A stretch of 64,000 bases of DNA from SAR324 cluster bacterium (GTDB taxonomy: Bacteria > SAR324 > XYD2-FULL-50-16): contig JANQGX010000032.1 of assembly GCA_028282885.1 (NCBI GenBank), positions 86,439-150,438 of the forward strand, in the 5' to 3' direction. Below, piece by piece: positions 20,297-29,188 of this stretch (position 1 is its first letter; every line of letters starts with the position of its first letter). The notes below the pieces were generated by a model, which was not told where the DNA came from, searched no databases, and was given only the letters and a program-made list of their open reading frames with translations. The position numbers and the translations under genes were made by a program.

Positions 20297-21139
20297 ATGA
20301 AATGGAATAGTATAATAAACAAAGTGGAGACCATCTCCATTGAGGATGCCAAGGCATATTTCAATTCTCACGGCTCCGACGAATACCAACTGGTAGATGT
20401 CCGGCAGCCCGAGGAATACAGCAAACGTCATCTTCCCGGTTCCCTTTTGATCCCTTTGGAAGAATTAATAGAAGGAAAGGGAGGCCTGGACAAGGAAAAA
20501 GCGGTTTTTGTTTACAGCGGAGGCAACAACCGCAGTCTGGCGGCCGGTCAGTGGCTTAATAGTCAGGGCTTTCGGGAGGTACGGTACCTGGAGGGTGGAA
20601 TCTCTTCCTGGTACGGAGAGCTGGCCTTTGGTCATTTCGAACTGAATCTGAATCTCCTGGATCCGAACGTGGAATATGAAGATGCCATCAGCATGGCCTA
20701 CGCCATGGAAGAGGGTCTGCAACAGTTTTACATCATGCTTGCCCGGGAAACGGAAGATGAAGCGTTTAAGAGGCTGTATCGTAAACTGGCTTCATTTGAG
20801 GTGGATCATAAACGCGACCTTTCCAGGATCTATTCCATCTCCCAGGGTAAAGAGATGGTTCAGAAGGAATTTGCCGAACATGACGGCCAGATTCTCGAAG
20901 GGGGCGGCTATGCCGATATCACCTTGATTAAGACCCTGGCTAACACCGAAAGCGCCCGGGACGTGTTTGGCCTTGCTGCCGCGTTTGAAACCCAGGCCAT
21001 GGATTTTTATACAAGGCTGGCGGTGAAAGCGGAAAAACCGGAGGTAAAAAAATTCTTTCTTGAGATGGCCGATGCCGAGAAAAAGCATCTGGCTTTTGTG
21101 GCCAGTGAACTGGACCAATATTTGAAAAAAAATAATTAA
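20297..21139 (+). CDS. rhodanese-domain / rubrerythrin-like (ferritin-like diiron) fusion protein
   Basis: N-terminal rhodanese fold (...VDVRQPEEY..., active-site loop VYSGGNNRS with Ser where the catalytic Cys is expected); C-terminal four-helix domain with two E...ExxH motifs (FEVDH; AEKKH). Confidence 0.7.
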   Translation: MKWNSIINKVETISIEDAKAYFNSHGSDEYQLVDVRQPEEYSKRHLPGSLLIPLEELIEGKGGLDKEKAVFVYSGGNNRSLAAGQWLNSQGFREVRYLEGGISSWYGELAFGHFELNLNLLDPNVEYEDAISMAYAMEEGLQQFYIMLARETEDEAFKRLYRKLASFEVDHKRDLSRIYSISQGKEMVQKEFAEHDGQILEGGGYADITLIKTLANTESARDVFGLAAAFETQAMDFYTRLAVKAEKPEVKKFFLEMADAEKKHLAFVASELDQYLKKNN

Positions 21140-21162
21140 ACAGTCTAAAAAAATCAAACACT

Positions 21163-21813
21163 ATGGATTCAAGCAAGATACTGGATAAGCTCAATGTCAG
21201 GGATGGTATCGTCAATAATCGTCAACATCCCAGCCTCAATCTGCAAGCCAGGGAAGCGGGATTTGAGATCTACAATTTCCTCAGTCAGGATGGGAAACCT
21301 TACTCACTCGGAGATGACGCGGATTACCTGAAACTTTTCATGCAGATGGCTGAAAGCATCTATCTTAACAATGGGACATTCCTTGGAACGTGCCTTGTCG
21401 CTTCCGATATGGGTGGCAGCCGTCTTTTTGTCAAGGAGTTTACCGATCAGGAAAAAGAGGAGTTCAAATATGCGCATGTATGCCTGCTTAGCACCATGAA
21501 AAGGCTTTCTGATGAAAACAGGCCGGAAACCTTCAGCTTTTTCGGAGAGCTGAACCTGGTGGATTCCAAAGAAGAGAAATTCGAAAGAGAATCCAGAAAG
21601 ACCGCCAGGGTTCTCTCCGGAGAGGAACGGGAAAACTGGCTGGAGATCATTGACAAGCGATATCAATTTCTCAAAACCGATGTGTATGTCTATTCGCTGT
21701 TAAAGCTCTTCTCCTGGGGATTTCAGGTCATCGAATCGGAAGGTAATGTCCGGGAAGAGCAGAACCTTGTCAGACCCAACCGACCCAAACCCAGGGGGGC
21801 GAGTCGAAAATAG
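21163..21813 (+). CDS. hypothetical protein
   Basis: 216-aa ORF 24 nt downstream of previous gene, no recognisable motifs. Confidence 0.45.
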   Translation: MDSSKILDKLNVRDGIVNNRQHPSLNLQAREAGFEIYNFLSQDGKPYSLGDDADYLKLFMQMAESIYLNNGTFLGTCLVASDMGGSRLFVKEFTDQEKEEFKYAHVCLLSTMKRLSDENRPETFSFFGELNLVDSKEEKFERESRKTARVLSGEERENWLEIIDKRYQFLKTDVYVYSLLKLFSWGFQVIESEGNVREEQNLVRPNRPKPRGASRK

Positions 21814-21914
21814 AAGCAAACCATTTGTTACTACTGTTCCGAACCAGCCTGGCCGGGAAGCCTGGCCCTGCTGCAATGAAGAGCAGTCAACCCTTAACCC
21901 GAAAAGGAGAAACC

Positions 21915-22424
21915 ATGGATCTCGGAGAAGCTATCAAAACAGCAATTGCGCTGGAAGACAAGATCGTTAACGTCTACACCAAGTACGCAGATAAGTTCAG
22001 CTCACCCGTTGCCAGCAAGATTTTCAAACTGCTGGGCGAAGAGGAAGAAGGCCATACCGCCTATTTAAAGGCGAAACTTGAGCAGTGGCAAAACTCGGGA
22101 AAGATTACCGTTGATGACATCAAAACCATTGTTCCCGACAAAGAGGTGATCAAGGAAAATGTTAAAAAACACAAAGCCGCGGCAAAACAGGCCAACATTG
22201 ATGACGAAATTGAAGTCTTCAAAAAGGCGTTGGAGATGGAAAGCCAAGCTTCGGCTTTTTACAAGGATCTTGTAGGTAAGCTGGCACCTGAAGACCAGGT
22301 TTTGTTCAAACGTTTTATCGAAATTGAAGAGGGACACGAAGCCATTGTCAAAGCCGAAATCGACAATGCACGAGGTTTCGGATTCTGGTTCGATTTTCAG
22401 GAATTTGATCTGGAAAGTGCATAG
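21915..22424 (+). CDS. rubrerythrin/ferritin-like diiron-carboxylate protein (paralog 1)
   Basis: Start at ATG 21915 (AAAAGGAGA RBS); two-repeat E...ExxH architecture (EEEGH; EEGHEAIV); paralogous to 26162..26677 and 28408..28884. Confidence 0.65.
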   Translation: MDLGEAIKTAIALEDKIVNVYTKYADKFSSPVASKIFKLLGEEEEGHTAYLKAKLEQWQNSGKITVDDIKTIVPDKEVIKENVKKHKAAAKQANIDDEIEVFKKALEMESQASAFYKDLVGKLAPEDQVLFKRFIEIEEGHEAIVKAEIDNARGFGFWFDFQEFDLESA

Positions 22425-22522
22425 AAAAAGCTACTTTGACAGAGAATCTGATTGCCAACCGGGCAATGAGCCCGGTTGGATTGAAATGGAAGATTTGAGA
22501 CAATTTAAAACAGGAAAATCTG

Positions 22523-23035
22523 ATGCTTACAGAAAAAATGGAAGCCAAGCTGAACGAGCATATTAATGCCGAACTCTATTCAGCTTATCTGTATCTATCC
22601 ATGTCGGCTTATTTCAAGTCGATTGATCTGCCCGGTTTTGTCAACTGGATGCAAGTACAATTCGAAGAAGAAATGTCCCATGCGATGAAATTCTTTGAGT
22701 TTGTTGATAATATGAACGGTAGAATTCGCCTGGCGACTATCCAGGCGCCGCCTGTGGAATGGGAGTCTCCCGTTGAAGTCTTTCAGGAGACCTATGATCA
22801 TGAGCGTTCGGTCTCCGAACAGATCTTTAAGCTGGTGAGCCTGTCGCTGGAAGAAAATGACCATGCCACCAATAACTTCCTGCAATGGTTTGTTGCAGAG
22901 CAGGTCGAAGAGGAATCATCGGTGAAATCAATCCTCAGTAAGCTGAAATTTATCGGGGATTCCAAGTCAGGACTCTTCATGGTGGACCAGGAGCTGGCCA
23001 AACGGACCGTCTCAACGGACACGGCACCTGTGTAA
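22523..23035 (+). CDS. ftnA: non-heme ferritin
   Basis: 170 aa with classic Ftn ferroxidase-centre residues (...NAELYSAYLYLSMSAY...EEEMSHAMKFFEF...QETYDHE...). Confidence 0.85.
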   Translation: MLTEKMEAKLNEHINAELYSAYLYLSMSAYFKSIDLPGFVNWMQVQFEEEMSHAMKFFEFVDNMNGRIRLATIQAPPVEWESPVEVFQETYDHERSVSEQIFKLVSLSLEENDHATNNFLQWFVAEQVEEESSVKSILSKLKFIGDSKSGLFMVDQELAKRTVSTDTAPV

Positions 23036-23133
23036 CCGAAACCCGGTAAATTGATATCAATTGTAACCGGGCGGGCCCGTGCTATCGGGCCCGTATGCTT
23101 TCCCGGAACTATCCAACCTTTTGACAATCAAAC

Positions 23134-23490
23134 ATGAAAAAAGCAACCATCTATCACAATCCCAAGTGAAGCACCAGTAGAAAAGCACTGGCAGTGCTTG
23201 AAGAGAGTGGTGTGGAATTCCGAATCGTTGAATACCTGAAAAACCCACCTTCGGTGGCTGAATTGAAAAAAATAGCCAAAGGGATCGGAGTCGATCCTGT
23301 TGAATTGCTTCGACCAAAAGACAAACGCTTTAAAGAACTGGGATTGTCCAAGAAAGATGACAGGAGCCAGGATGATTGGTTACGCCTGATGAACAAAAAT
23401 CCCAGTATCATTGAACGTCCCATCGTGGCATATGCAGGTAAATATGCCATGGGAAGACCGCCGGAAAGCATTTGGGAAATTCTGAACTGA
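23134..23490 (+). CDS. arsC: ArsC-family arsenate reductase/thiol-disulfide protein with in-frame TGA (putative selenocysteine) at the catalytic-Cys position
   Basis: ATG 23134...MKKATIYHNPK-TGA(23167-23169)-STSRKALAVLEESGVEFRIVEYLKNPPS... matches E. coli ArsC TIYHNPACGTSRNTLEMI...YLENPPS...; TGA aligns with Cys12; same frame as ORF-track 23194..23490; 7-bp stem-loop 23183..23199 lies 13 nt after TGA (SECIS-like). Confidence 0.65.
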
Positions 23491-23547
23491 TGCGAAGAGA
23501 AACCTCATGCGACAGGCATATTAATCCCAACCCGAACAAGGAAAACA

Positions 23548-25239
23548 ATGGATATTGATATTTCAATAAAAATTGGCGGTGAAGCCGGGCAGGGTATCCA
23601 GACTGTGGGTGACCTCCTGGCCAATGTCTGCCGTGAAGCAGGGCTCTATATCACTGGCATCAATGATTTCGAGTCCAGAATCAGGGGCGGACACAGTTAT
23701 TTTCAGATCAGAATATGCAATACGTCGGTTTCAGCTCCGGAAACCACTGCCCACATGGTGGTTGCGCTGAATGAACAGACCTATGAGTTGCATCACCAGG
23801 ATATTCATGAGGGTGGGCTTGTTATAATGGATGCCCGTGAAGCCCCGGCTGAAAACGTGATTGCGGTTCCCATCAGGGAGTTGGCAGTGGAAGCCGGGGG
23901 CAGGGTGATGGCCAACACGGTTGCTGTCGGTGCTGTGCTCGGTTTGCTGGGTGCCCCTTTTCACATCCTGGAAGGCTTGCTGACCAGACGCTTTTCCAGA
24001 AAAAGCCAACAGATCGTGGATAACAATATTGCAGCTGCCAAACTGGGTTTTGAGGCCGTCAAAGATACTTCTTTCAAATGGTCCTTCGACTGGAACAGGG
24101 GAGAACCCAAGGGAACCCTTATCAACGGTTCTAAAGCGGTAGCTCTCGGGGCTCTGGCTGCAGATTGTCGATTCGCCGCATTTTACCCCATGTCTCCGGC
24201 TACCTCCGTCATGCAGGATCTGAACTCCTTTTCCGGTAAAATTCCCATGATAGTGGAACAGGTGGAGGATGAGATCGCCGCAGTCAACGCCATCATTGGG
24301 GCTTCATATGCCGGGATTCGATCAATGACCTCCACGTCGGGCGGCGGATTTTCCCTGATGGTGGAAGGACTCGGTCTGGCCGGGATTACGGAAACTCCTA
24401 TTGTTGTCGTCGATGCCCAACGACCCGGACCTGCTACCGGATTGCCGACCCGTACCGCCCAACCCGACCTGCTTTTTGCCATCAGGGCGTCCCAGGACGA
24501 ATTCCCCAGGTTTGTGCTGGCCCCGGGATCGCCGGGAGAGGCCTATACCATTACCACCAGGGCGTTCGAACTGGCCGACAAGTACCAGGTGCCGGTTATC
24601 ATCCTGGTTGACCAGTATCTCTGCGACTCTCTCTTTATCGAAGAGAACCCATTTAAAATTCCCACCGAGATTAATCGTTATACCGTCACCGACGAGGATA
24701 TGGCTGACCCGAGACAATATGTCCGTTATGCCCTGACCGAAGACGGCGTCTCTCCAAGAGCCCTGCCATGCAATGGTGAAGCCCTGGTGATGGCCTCCGG
24801 GAATGAGCATACGGAAGACGGCCATATCAGTGAAGATCCTGCCAACCGGGTTGCCATGATGGATAAACGCGCCGCTAAAATCCCGAGGATGATTGATGAA
24901 CTGGATCCGCCCGAAACTTATCATGGTGAAAGCGAATTGCTGGTTGTGGGATGGGGATCCACCAGGGGCGCTATCAGAGAAGCGGTAGAGATCCTGAGAA
25001 ACGGGGGAATGGATATCGGCTGCCTGCATTTCACGGACATCTGGCCGTTTCCCACAGATGTTGTGACGGCCGCACTTGAAAAAGCCGAACGGTTTGTCAT
25101 GGTGGAGCAAAACTCATCGGCCCAGTTTGGACAGTTGATCAGGGAACAAACCGGTCTGTCTTACTCCGCATCAATCCTCAAATATGACGGCAGGCCTTTC
25201 TATACTGATGAGGTTGTTGAGAAAATCAAACAGATATAA
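23548..25239 (+). CDS. 2-oxoacid:ferredoxin oxidoreductase, fused gamma/alpha subunit
   Basis: 563 aa; N-terminal gamma-like domain (MDIDISIKIGGEAGQGIQTVGDLLA...) followed by alpha (KorA-like) domains. Confidence 0.8.
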   Translation: MDIDISIKIGGEAGQGIQTVGDLLANVCREAGLYITGINDFESRIRGGHSYFQIRICNTSVSAPETTAHMVVALNEQTYELHHQDIHEGGLVIMDAREAPAENVIAVPIRELAVEAGGRVMANTVAVGAVLGLLGAPFHILEGLLTRRFSRKSQQIVDNNIAAAKLGFEAVKDTSFKWSFDWNRGEPKGTLINGSKAVALGALAADCRFAAFYPMSPATSVMQDLNSFSGKIPMIVEQVEDEIAAVNAIIGASYAGIRSMTSTSGGGFSLMVEGLGLAGITETPIVVVDAQRPGPATGLPTRTAQPDLLFAIRASQDEFPRFVLAPGSPGEAYTITTRAFELADKYQVPVIILVDQYLCDSLFIEENPFKIPTEINRYTVTDEDMADPRQYVRYALTEDGVSPRALPCNGEALVMASGNEHTEDGHISEDPANRVAMMDKRAAKIPRMIDELDPPETYHGESELLVVGWGSTRGAIREAVEILRNGGMDIGCLHFTDIWPFPTDVVTAALEKAERFVMVEQNSSAQFGQLIREQTGLSYSASILKYDGRPFYTDEVVEKIKQI

Positions 25240-25250
25240 GGAGCAGGATC

Positions 25251-26105
25251 ATGGTGAAAATCGAAGATTATCATAATGACTACGAAAACAAATGGTGCCC
25301 GGGTTGCGGAAACTTCGGCCTTTTGGATGCCATGAAAGATGCACTGGTCAACCTGGATATTGCTCCCCGTGATATTCTCCTCATTTCCGGAATCGGTCAG
25401 GCTGCCAAAACGCCCCATTTCATGAATTGTAATTTCTTTCACACCCTACACGGCCGGGCATTGCCGATTGCAACCGGTGCCAAGCTGGCCAATCATGACC
25501 TGAAAATTCTGGTTAATTCGGGGGATGGAGATTGCTATGGTGAGGGGGGGAATCATTTTATCAATGCCATTCGTCGCAATCTGGATATCACCCTTTTGGT
25601 TCATCACAACAAGGTTTATGGTTTGACCAAAGGCCAAGCAGCTCCGACATCGGATATGGGATTTGTCACCCCGCAACAACCCGATGGCGTCAGAACTGAT
25701 CCGTTGAATCCAGTCAAACTAGCACTCAGTCTGGGAGCGAGTTTTGTGGCAAGGGGATTTTCCAACAACCGGAAGCACCTGAGCCGGTTGATACAGGATG
25801 CCATCCAGTACAGGGGATTCTCCCTGGTGGACATACTTCAGCCCTGTGTCACCTATAACAAGATCAATTCCCACGCCTGGTTCAAGAAGCGGGCTTATGA
25901 TCTGTATGAAACGGATTACCAACCCGATAAACTGGACGAGGCACTCTTTCTGGCCGAGGAGTGGGAAGATAAAATCCCAATTGGTATTCTTTATCGTAAG
26001 GATTCAATTCCCTTTCATGAAAGAATAGGCCAGCTCAAAGAGGGAACATTGATATCTCGTCCTTATGATGCGGCGACGATTCAGGAAATTCTCTCCGCGG
26101 TCTGA
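25251..26105 (+). CDS. 2-oxoacid:ferredoxin oxidoreductase beta subunit (TPP-binding)
   Basis: 284 aa, CPGCG N-terminal motif and TPP-binding GDGDCYGEGGNHFINAIRRN; 12 nt downstream of alpha gene. Confidence 0.8.
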   Translation: MVKIEDYHNDYENKWCPGCGNFGLLDAMKDALVNLDIAPRDILLISGIGQAAKTPHFMNCNFFHTLHGRALPIATGAKLANHDLKILVNSGDGDCYGEGGNHFINAIRRNLDITLLVHHNKVYGLTKGQAAPTSDMGFVTPQQPDGVRTDPLNPVKLALSLGASFVARGFSNNRKHLSRLIQDAIQYRGFSLVDILQPCVTYNKINSHAWFKKRAYDLYETDYQPDKLDEALFLAEEWEDKIPIGILYRKDSIPFHERIGQLKEGTLISRPYDAATIQEILSAV

Positions 26106-26161
26106 GAAAAGGTGTTAAGAACTGCAGTGGCGATAGCGCTGCTGCAGTTTTAAAGGAACTG

Positions 26162-26677
26162 CTAACCATCCAGCAGGGATTTTTCGGAACTCATCATCCA
26201 GCCTTCCGGATCTTCAAAGTAGAGCAGGGTGTTTTCCAGCGACGCCACGTGTTTGTGTTCAACGGCAGCCATATATTCGAAAAACTTTTTCTCATCCGGA
26301 TCTTCGGTTTTTTTGATCAGATCCTTGTAAAAGAGATGGGCTTTGGTTTCGAAATCGATGGCAATCTGCACTGCTTCCCTGTCATCGGTCGTTGATTTGG
26401 CGGCTCCCTCGGCGGATGCAATCATCTCTTTCAATCCTTCCTTGATATCGGTTTCATCCACAACAGGTGATATCTCCTCCGGCCATTCCCCCCTCTCTTC
26501 AAGGTTTTTGTGAATCTTCAGCAACTGCTCATAGTGCATGTCCTCTTCTTTGGCGATGGTTTCGAACATTTTTTTTCCAACCGGATTGGTCACCTTCTTG
26601 CTCAATGTGGTATAGTAATCCTTCTCTTCTTTTTCATTGTTTAATGCTACCTCGATAGCTTTTAAACTTGGCTTCAT
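26162..26677 (-). CDS. rubrerythrin/ferritin-like diiron-carboxylate protein (paralog 2)
   Basis: 171 aa; two E...ExxH repeats (EEDMH; EHKH); paralog of 21915..22424 and 28408..28884. Confidence 0.65.
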   Translation of the reverse strand: MKPSLKAIEVALNNEKEEKDYYTTLSKKVTNPVGKKMFETIAKEEDMHYEQLLKIHKNLEERGEWPEEISPVVDETDIKEGLKEMIASAEGAAKSTTDDREAVQIAIDFETKAHLFYKDLIKKTEDPDEKKFFEYMAAVEHKHVASLENTLLYFEDPEGWMMSSEKSLLDG

Positions 26678-26989
26678 GGGTTTCTCCTTCTTCCGGTGTT
26701 GATGATAATCAAGTACCTATCCGGCCCTGTATACCCCGCAACCGTTCCAAATAGGTACCATAATGCGTTGTCAAACCTCAATCAGGATGTATCAGTGCTA
26801 CATCCCTCCGTTTTCGGTCTCGGACCTTCGCAACTCTGTTCAGATTTTTATATTTTTCCCACAAGGCGGGATGGATATAAAAAAATTCTGCAAAGCCTGT
26901 GCCCGCTTTTTTCCCGATTTCATGGGATTTTCCCTCCCGAGGGCCTCAATCCGCCATGAGAAAGAGGGATAAAGCGTATTGTACAACTA

Positions 26990-27002
26990 TGTATCATAAA
27001 AA
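26990..27002. promoter_or_regulatory. TGTATCATAAAAA motif copy 1 (Fur/PerR-like hexamer array) in divergent promoter region
   Basis: 13-nt motif repeated exactly at 27227..27239; surrounding sequence carries nATwAT-type hexamers typical of Fur-family boxes. Confidence 0.3.
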
Positions 27003-27226
27003 CCTATGAGACATAAGCATTATTTAAAAGATCAATAATTCTAAAAATGTACACTCGAAACTGAACATTAATCTGTCCTATGGCTGCAGGATTCGGAGCT
27101 GTGTGACATTTTTTATTTTGAAAAGTTTGGACATTTGCCATGGAATCCTGTATAAAGACTATATAAATCAAATGATTAAAAAAATGGCACGCATCCTGAA
27201 ACATAGAGATCAAAAATTATCATCAT

Positions 27227-27239
27227 TGTATCATAAAAA
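27227..27239. promoter_or_regulatory. TGTATCATAAAAA motif copy 2 (context TTATCATCATTGTATCATAA)
   Basis: Exact repeat of 26990..27002; 34 nt upstream of the small ORF/rubrerythrin gene pair. Confidence 0.3.
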
Positions 27240-27272
27240 TCAGTCAAAACCAATTTTCCAGAGGCTAGATAA

Positions 27273-27485
27273 GTGGAGTTAAGGAGATGCGACCAGAACA
27301 TTATTGAGACACTCAAACTGGTCGAAAAGATGTTAAAGCTGGCGCAGCAGGGTGATGCTGAAAGGGAGGATGTTGCCTGTGGAGTGTTGTACGGGGTTAT
27401 GCTCGATTCCGCTTTTAAGATTAAAAAGCTGGCGGAACAGGAGAGAGACTCGCATATCAAAAAAGGCTGGTGGAAAAAAGCCTGA
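27273..27485 (+). CDS. small hypothetical protein (70 aa, GTG start)
   Basis: ORF directly upstream of rubrerythrin; helical, no motif; start uncertain. Confidence 0.3.
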   Translation: MELRRCDQNIIETLKLVEKMLKLAQQGDAEREDVACGVLYGVMLDSAFKIKKLAEQERDSHIKKGWWKKA

Positions 27486-27540
27486 AGTTTTCCATGCTCT
27501 CATAATTCTATGAGATTTTTTATTCAACCCAAAATCAGGA

Positions 27541-28098
27541 GTGTTTATGAAAAAATGGGTATGTTCAGTATGTGGTTATGTTCATGATGGTGATAACCCG
27601 CCGGAGGAGTGTCCGCAATGTAAGGCCAGCTCGGATAAGTTTTACGAGCAACAGGCAGGTGATCTCGCATGGGCAGATGAACACAGGATTGGTGTGGCAG
27701 CGAAGGATATTGATCCTGAGGTTCTGGATGGATTAAGGGCGAATTTTACGGGTGAATGCACGGAAGTTGGGATGTACCTTGCCATGAGCCGTCAGGCGGA
27801 TCGGGAAGGGTATCCGGAGGTTGCAGAAGCCTACAAGCGTATAGCCTGGGAGGAGGCTGAGCACGCATCCAAGTTTGCGGAGTTATTGGGCGAAGTGGTT
27901 GTAGCCGACACCAAAGCCAATCTCAAGGCAAGAGTTGAAGCTGAGCACGGTGCCTGCAAAGGCAAAAAGGATTTGGCAACCAAAGCCAAGCAGCTCAACT
28001 ATGATGCCATCCACGACACCGTTCACGAAATGTGCAAAGACGAAGCCCGACATGGTGCTGCCTTTGCCGGATTGCTCAAGCGATACTTCGGTGAATAG
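27541..28098 (+). CDS. rbr: reverse rubrerythrin (N-terminal rubredoxin-like domain + diiron ferritin-like domain)
   Basis: N-terminal CSVCGY...CPQCKA FeCys4 knuckles followed by rubrerythrin diiron domain ([16 protein letters not shown]...EEAEHASKF...; [12 protein letters not shown]...CKDEARHG). Confidence 0.85.
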   Translation: MFMKKWVCSVCGYVHDGDNPPEECPQCKASSDKFYEQQAGDLAWADEHRIGVAAKDIDPEVLDGLRANFTGECTEVGMYLAMSRQADREGYPEVAEAYKRIAWEEAEHASKFAELLGEVVVADTKANLKARVEAEHGACKGKKDLATKAKQLNYDAIHDTVHEMCKDEARHGAAFAGLLKRYFGE

Positions 28099-28407
28099 GG
28101 TCGGATTCAATCGATCATTTGTTTAGATTCTAATTCCACCATACCATGATTTAACCGGGAAGCGGGTTGAAATTCATAACAGTTTGTCTTGTTAAAAGGA
28201 AATCATGTCTGGTATGAATACCTTTAAGACAAAACGTTAAGATGTTGATCTCCCCTTGCTCGAACATGCGGAACTCTTCCGATATGATGCGGGGGCGAAG
28301 ACAACAAATTGAGTCCCGTGATCGATGAGGGGTAATGGCTTTAAGAAGCGAAAAAGCGATTATCCCTCCCGCTGATCGATCATGCCAAACATTAATGGAG
28401 AATTGTG

Positions 28408-28884
28408 ATGTATCATAAGTTTAATGCCAAGGCTATTTTGGAAATGGCTGAAAACATTGAAAAAAACGGATATGCCTTTTATCGAAAGGCAGCAGATGAT
28501 GTTAAAGACCCTGAAATCAAAACTTTTTTGCTGGAACTGGCCGAAATGGAAGTCGGGCACGAGAAGTTATTTACCTCCATGAAATCAAAACTTTCGGACA
28601 AAGAGAGTGAAGATATCGTTTTCGATCCCTATGATGAAGCTGCTCTTTATATTGAGGCCCTGGCCGACACCAGGGTGTTCTATGAAAAGACCATCGATAC
28701 CTCGTCAGCGGAAGAGGTTTTCAAAGCAGCTATTGAAGCAGAGAAAGAATCCATCGTATTTTACCTGGGGATGAAAGAACTGGTTCCCGATGAGGCCGGG
28801 AAAGATAAAATTCAAGAAATCATCAAAGAAGAGATGAAGCACATTCAGACCATCAGCAAAAAGCTGCTGGCTATTAAAAGATAA
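28408..28884 (+). CDS. rubrerythrin/ferritin-like diiron-carboxylate protein (paralog 3)
   Basis: Start at ATG 28408 (GGAG RBS 7 nt upstream); two E...ExxH repeats (EMEVGHE; EEMKH). Confidence 0.65.
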   Translation: MYHKFNAKAILEMAENIEKNGYAFYRKAADDVKDPEIKTFLLELAEMEVGHEKLFTSMKSKLSDKESEDIVFDPYDEAALYIEALADTRVFYEKTIDTSSAEEVFKAAIEAEKESIVFYLGMKELVPDEAGKDKIQEIIKEEMKHIQTISKKLLAIKR

Positions 28885-29021
28885 CATTCGTCCGGGTGTT
28901 TTGGCTTTCACCCGCTACCAAAAATCGCTGACAGTGTCCTGTTCACCCTCCTGTTTGCCGGAAGACACCGGCAACCGGATTTTTATCATAAACCCAAACA
29001 CACTTAACAACGGAGAAGAAA

Positions 29022-29183
29022 ATGGCAAAATACAGATGTGAAACCTGCGACTACATTTACGATCCTGCCGAAGGTGATCCCGATTCCGGAATCGATCCCG
29101 GCACTTCGTTTGAGGACCTGCCGGATGATTGGGAATGTCCCGTTTGCGGCGTCGGCAAGGAAGACTTTGTCAAAGAGGGATAG
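29022..29183 (+). CDS. rd: rubredoxin (53 aa; absent from ORF track)
   Basis: [53 protein letters not shown]; canonical CxxC...CPxCG; GGAGAAGAAA RBS; 5 nt upstream of flavodiiron gene. Confidence 0.85.
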   Translation: MAKYRCETCDYIYDPAEGDPDSGIDPGTSFEDLPDDWECPVCGVGKEDFVKEG

Positions 29184-29188
29184 GAGAT

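Noticed and set aside
24322-25110. 262-aa antisense ORF inside the OFOR alpha gene; similar long antisense ORFs at 13267..13977, 12736..13251, 14729..15265, 35956..36687, 18473..19003, 50681..51427
   Set aside because: They lie fully inside well-supported genes on the opposite strand with Gly/Arg/Pro-rich low-complexity composition typical of antisense frames.
27286-27306. Second in-frame TGA shortly after an ATG (MRPEHY-TGA) considered as another Sec site
   Set aside because: Further TGA codons follow in that frame and there is no homology; not a selenoprotein.
29129-29188. Upstream extension of the flavodiiron ORF ([13 protein letters not shown]...)
   Set aside because: It overlaps the rubredoxin gene in another frame; a strong RBS and conserved N-terminus support the start at 29189.
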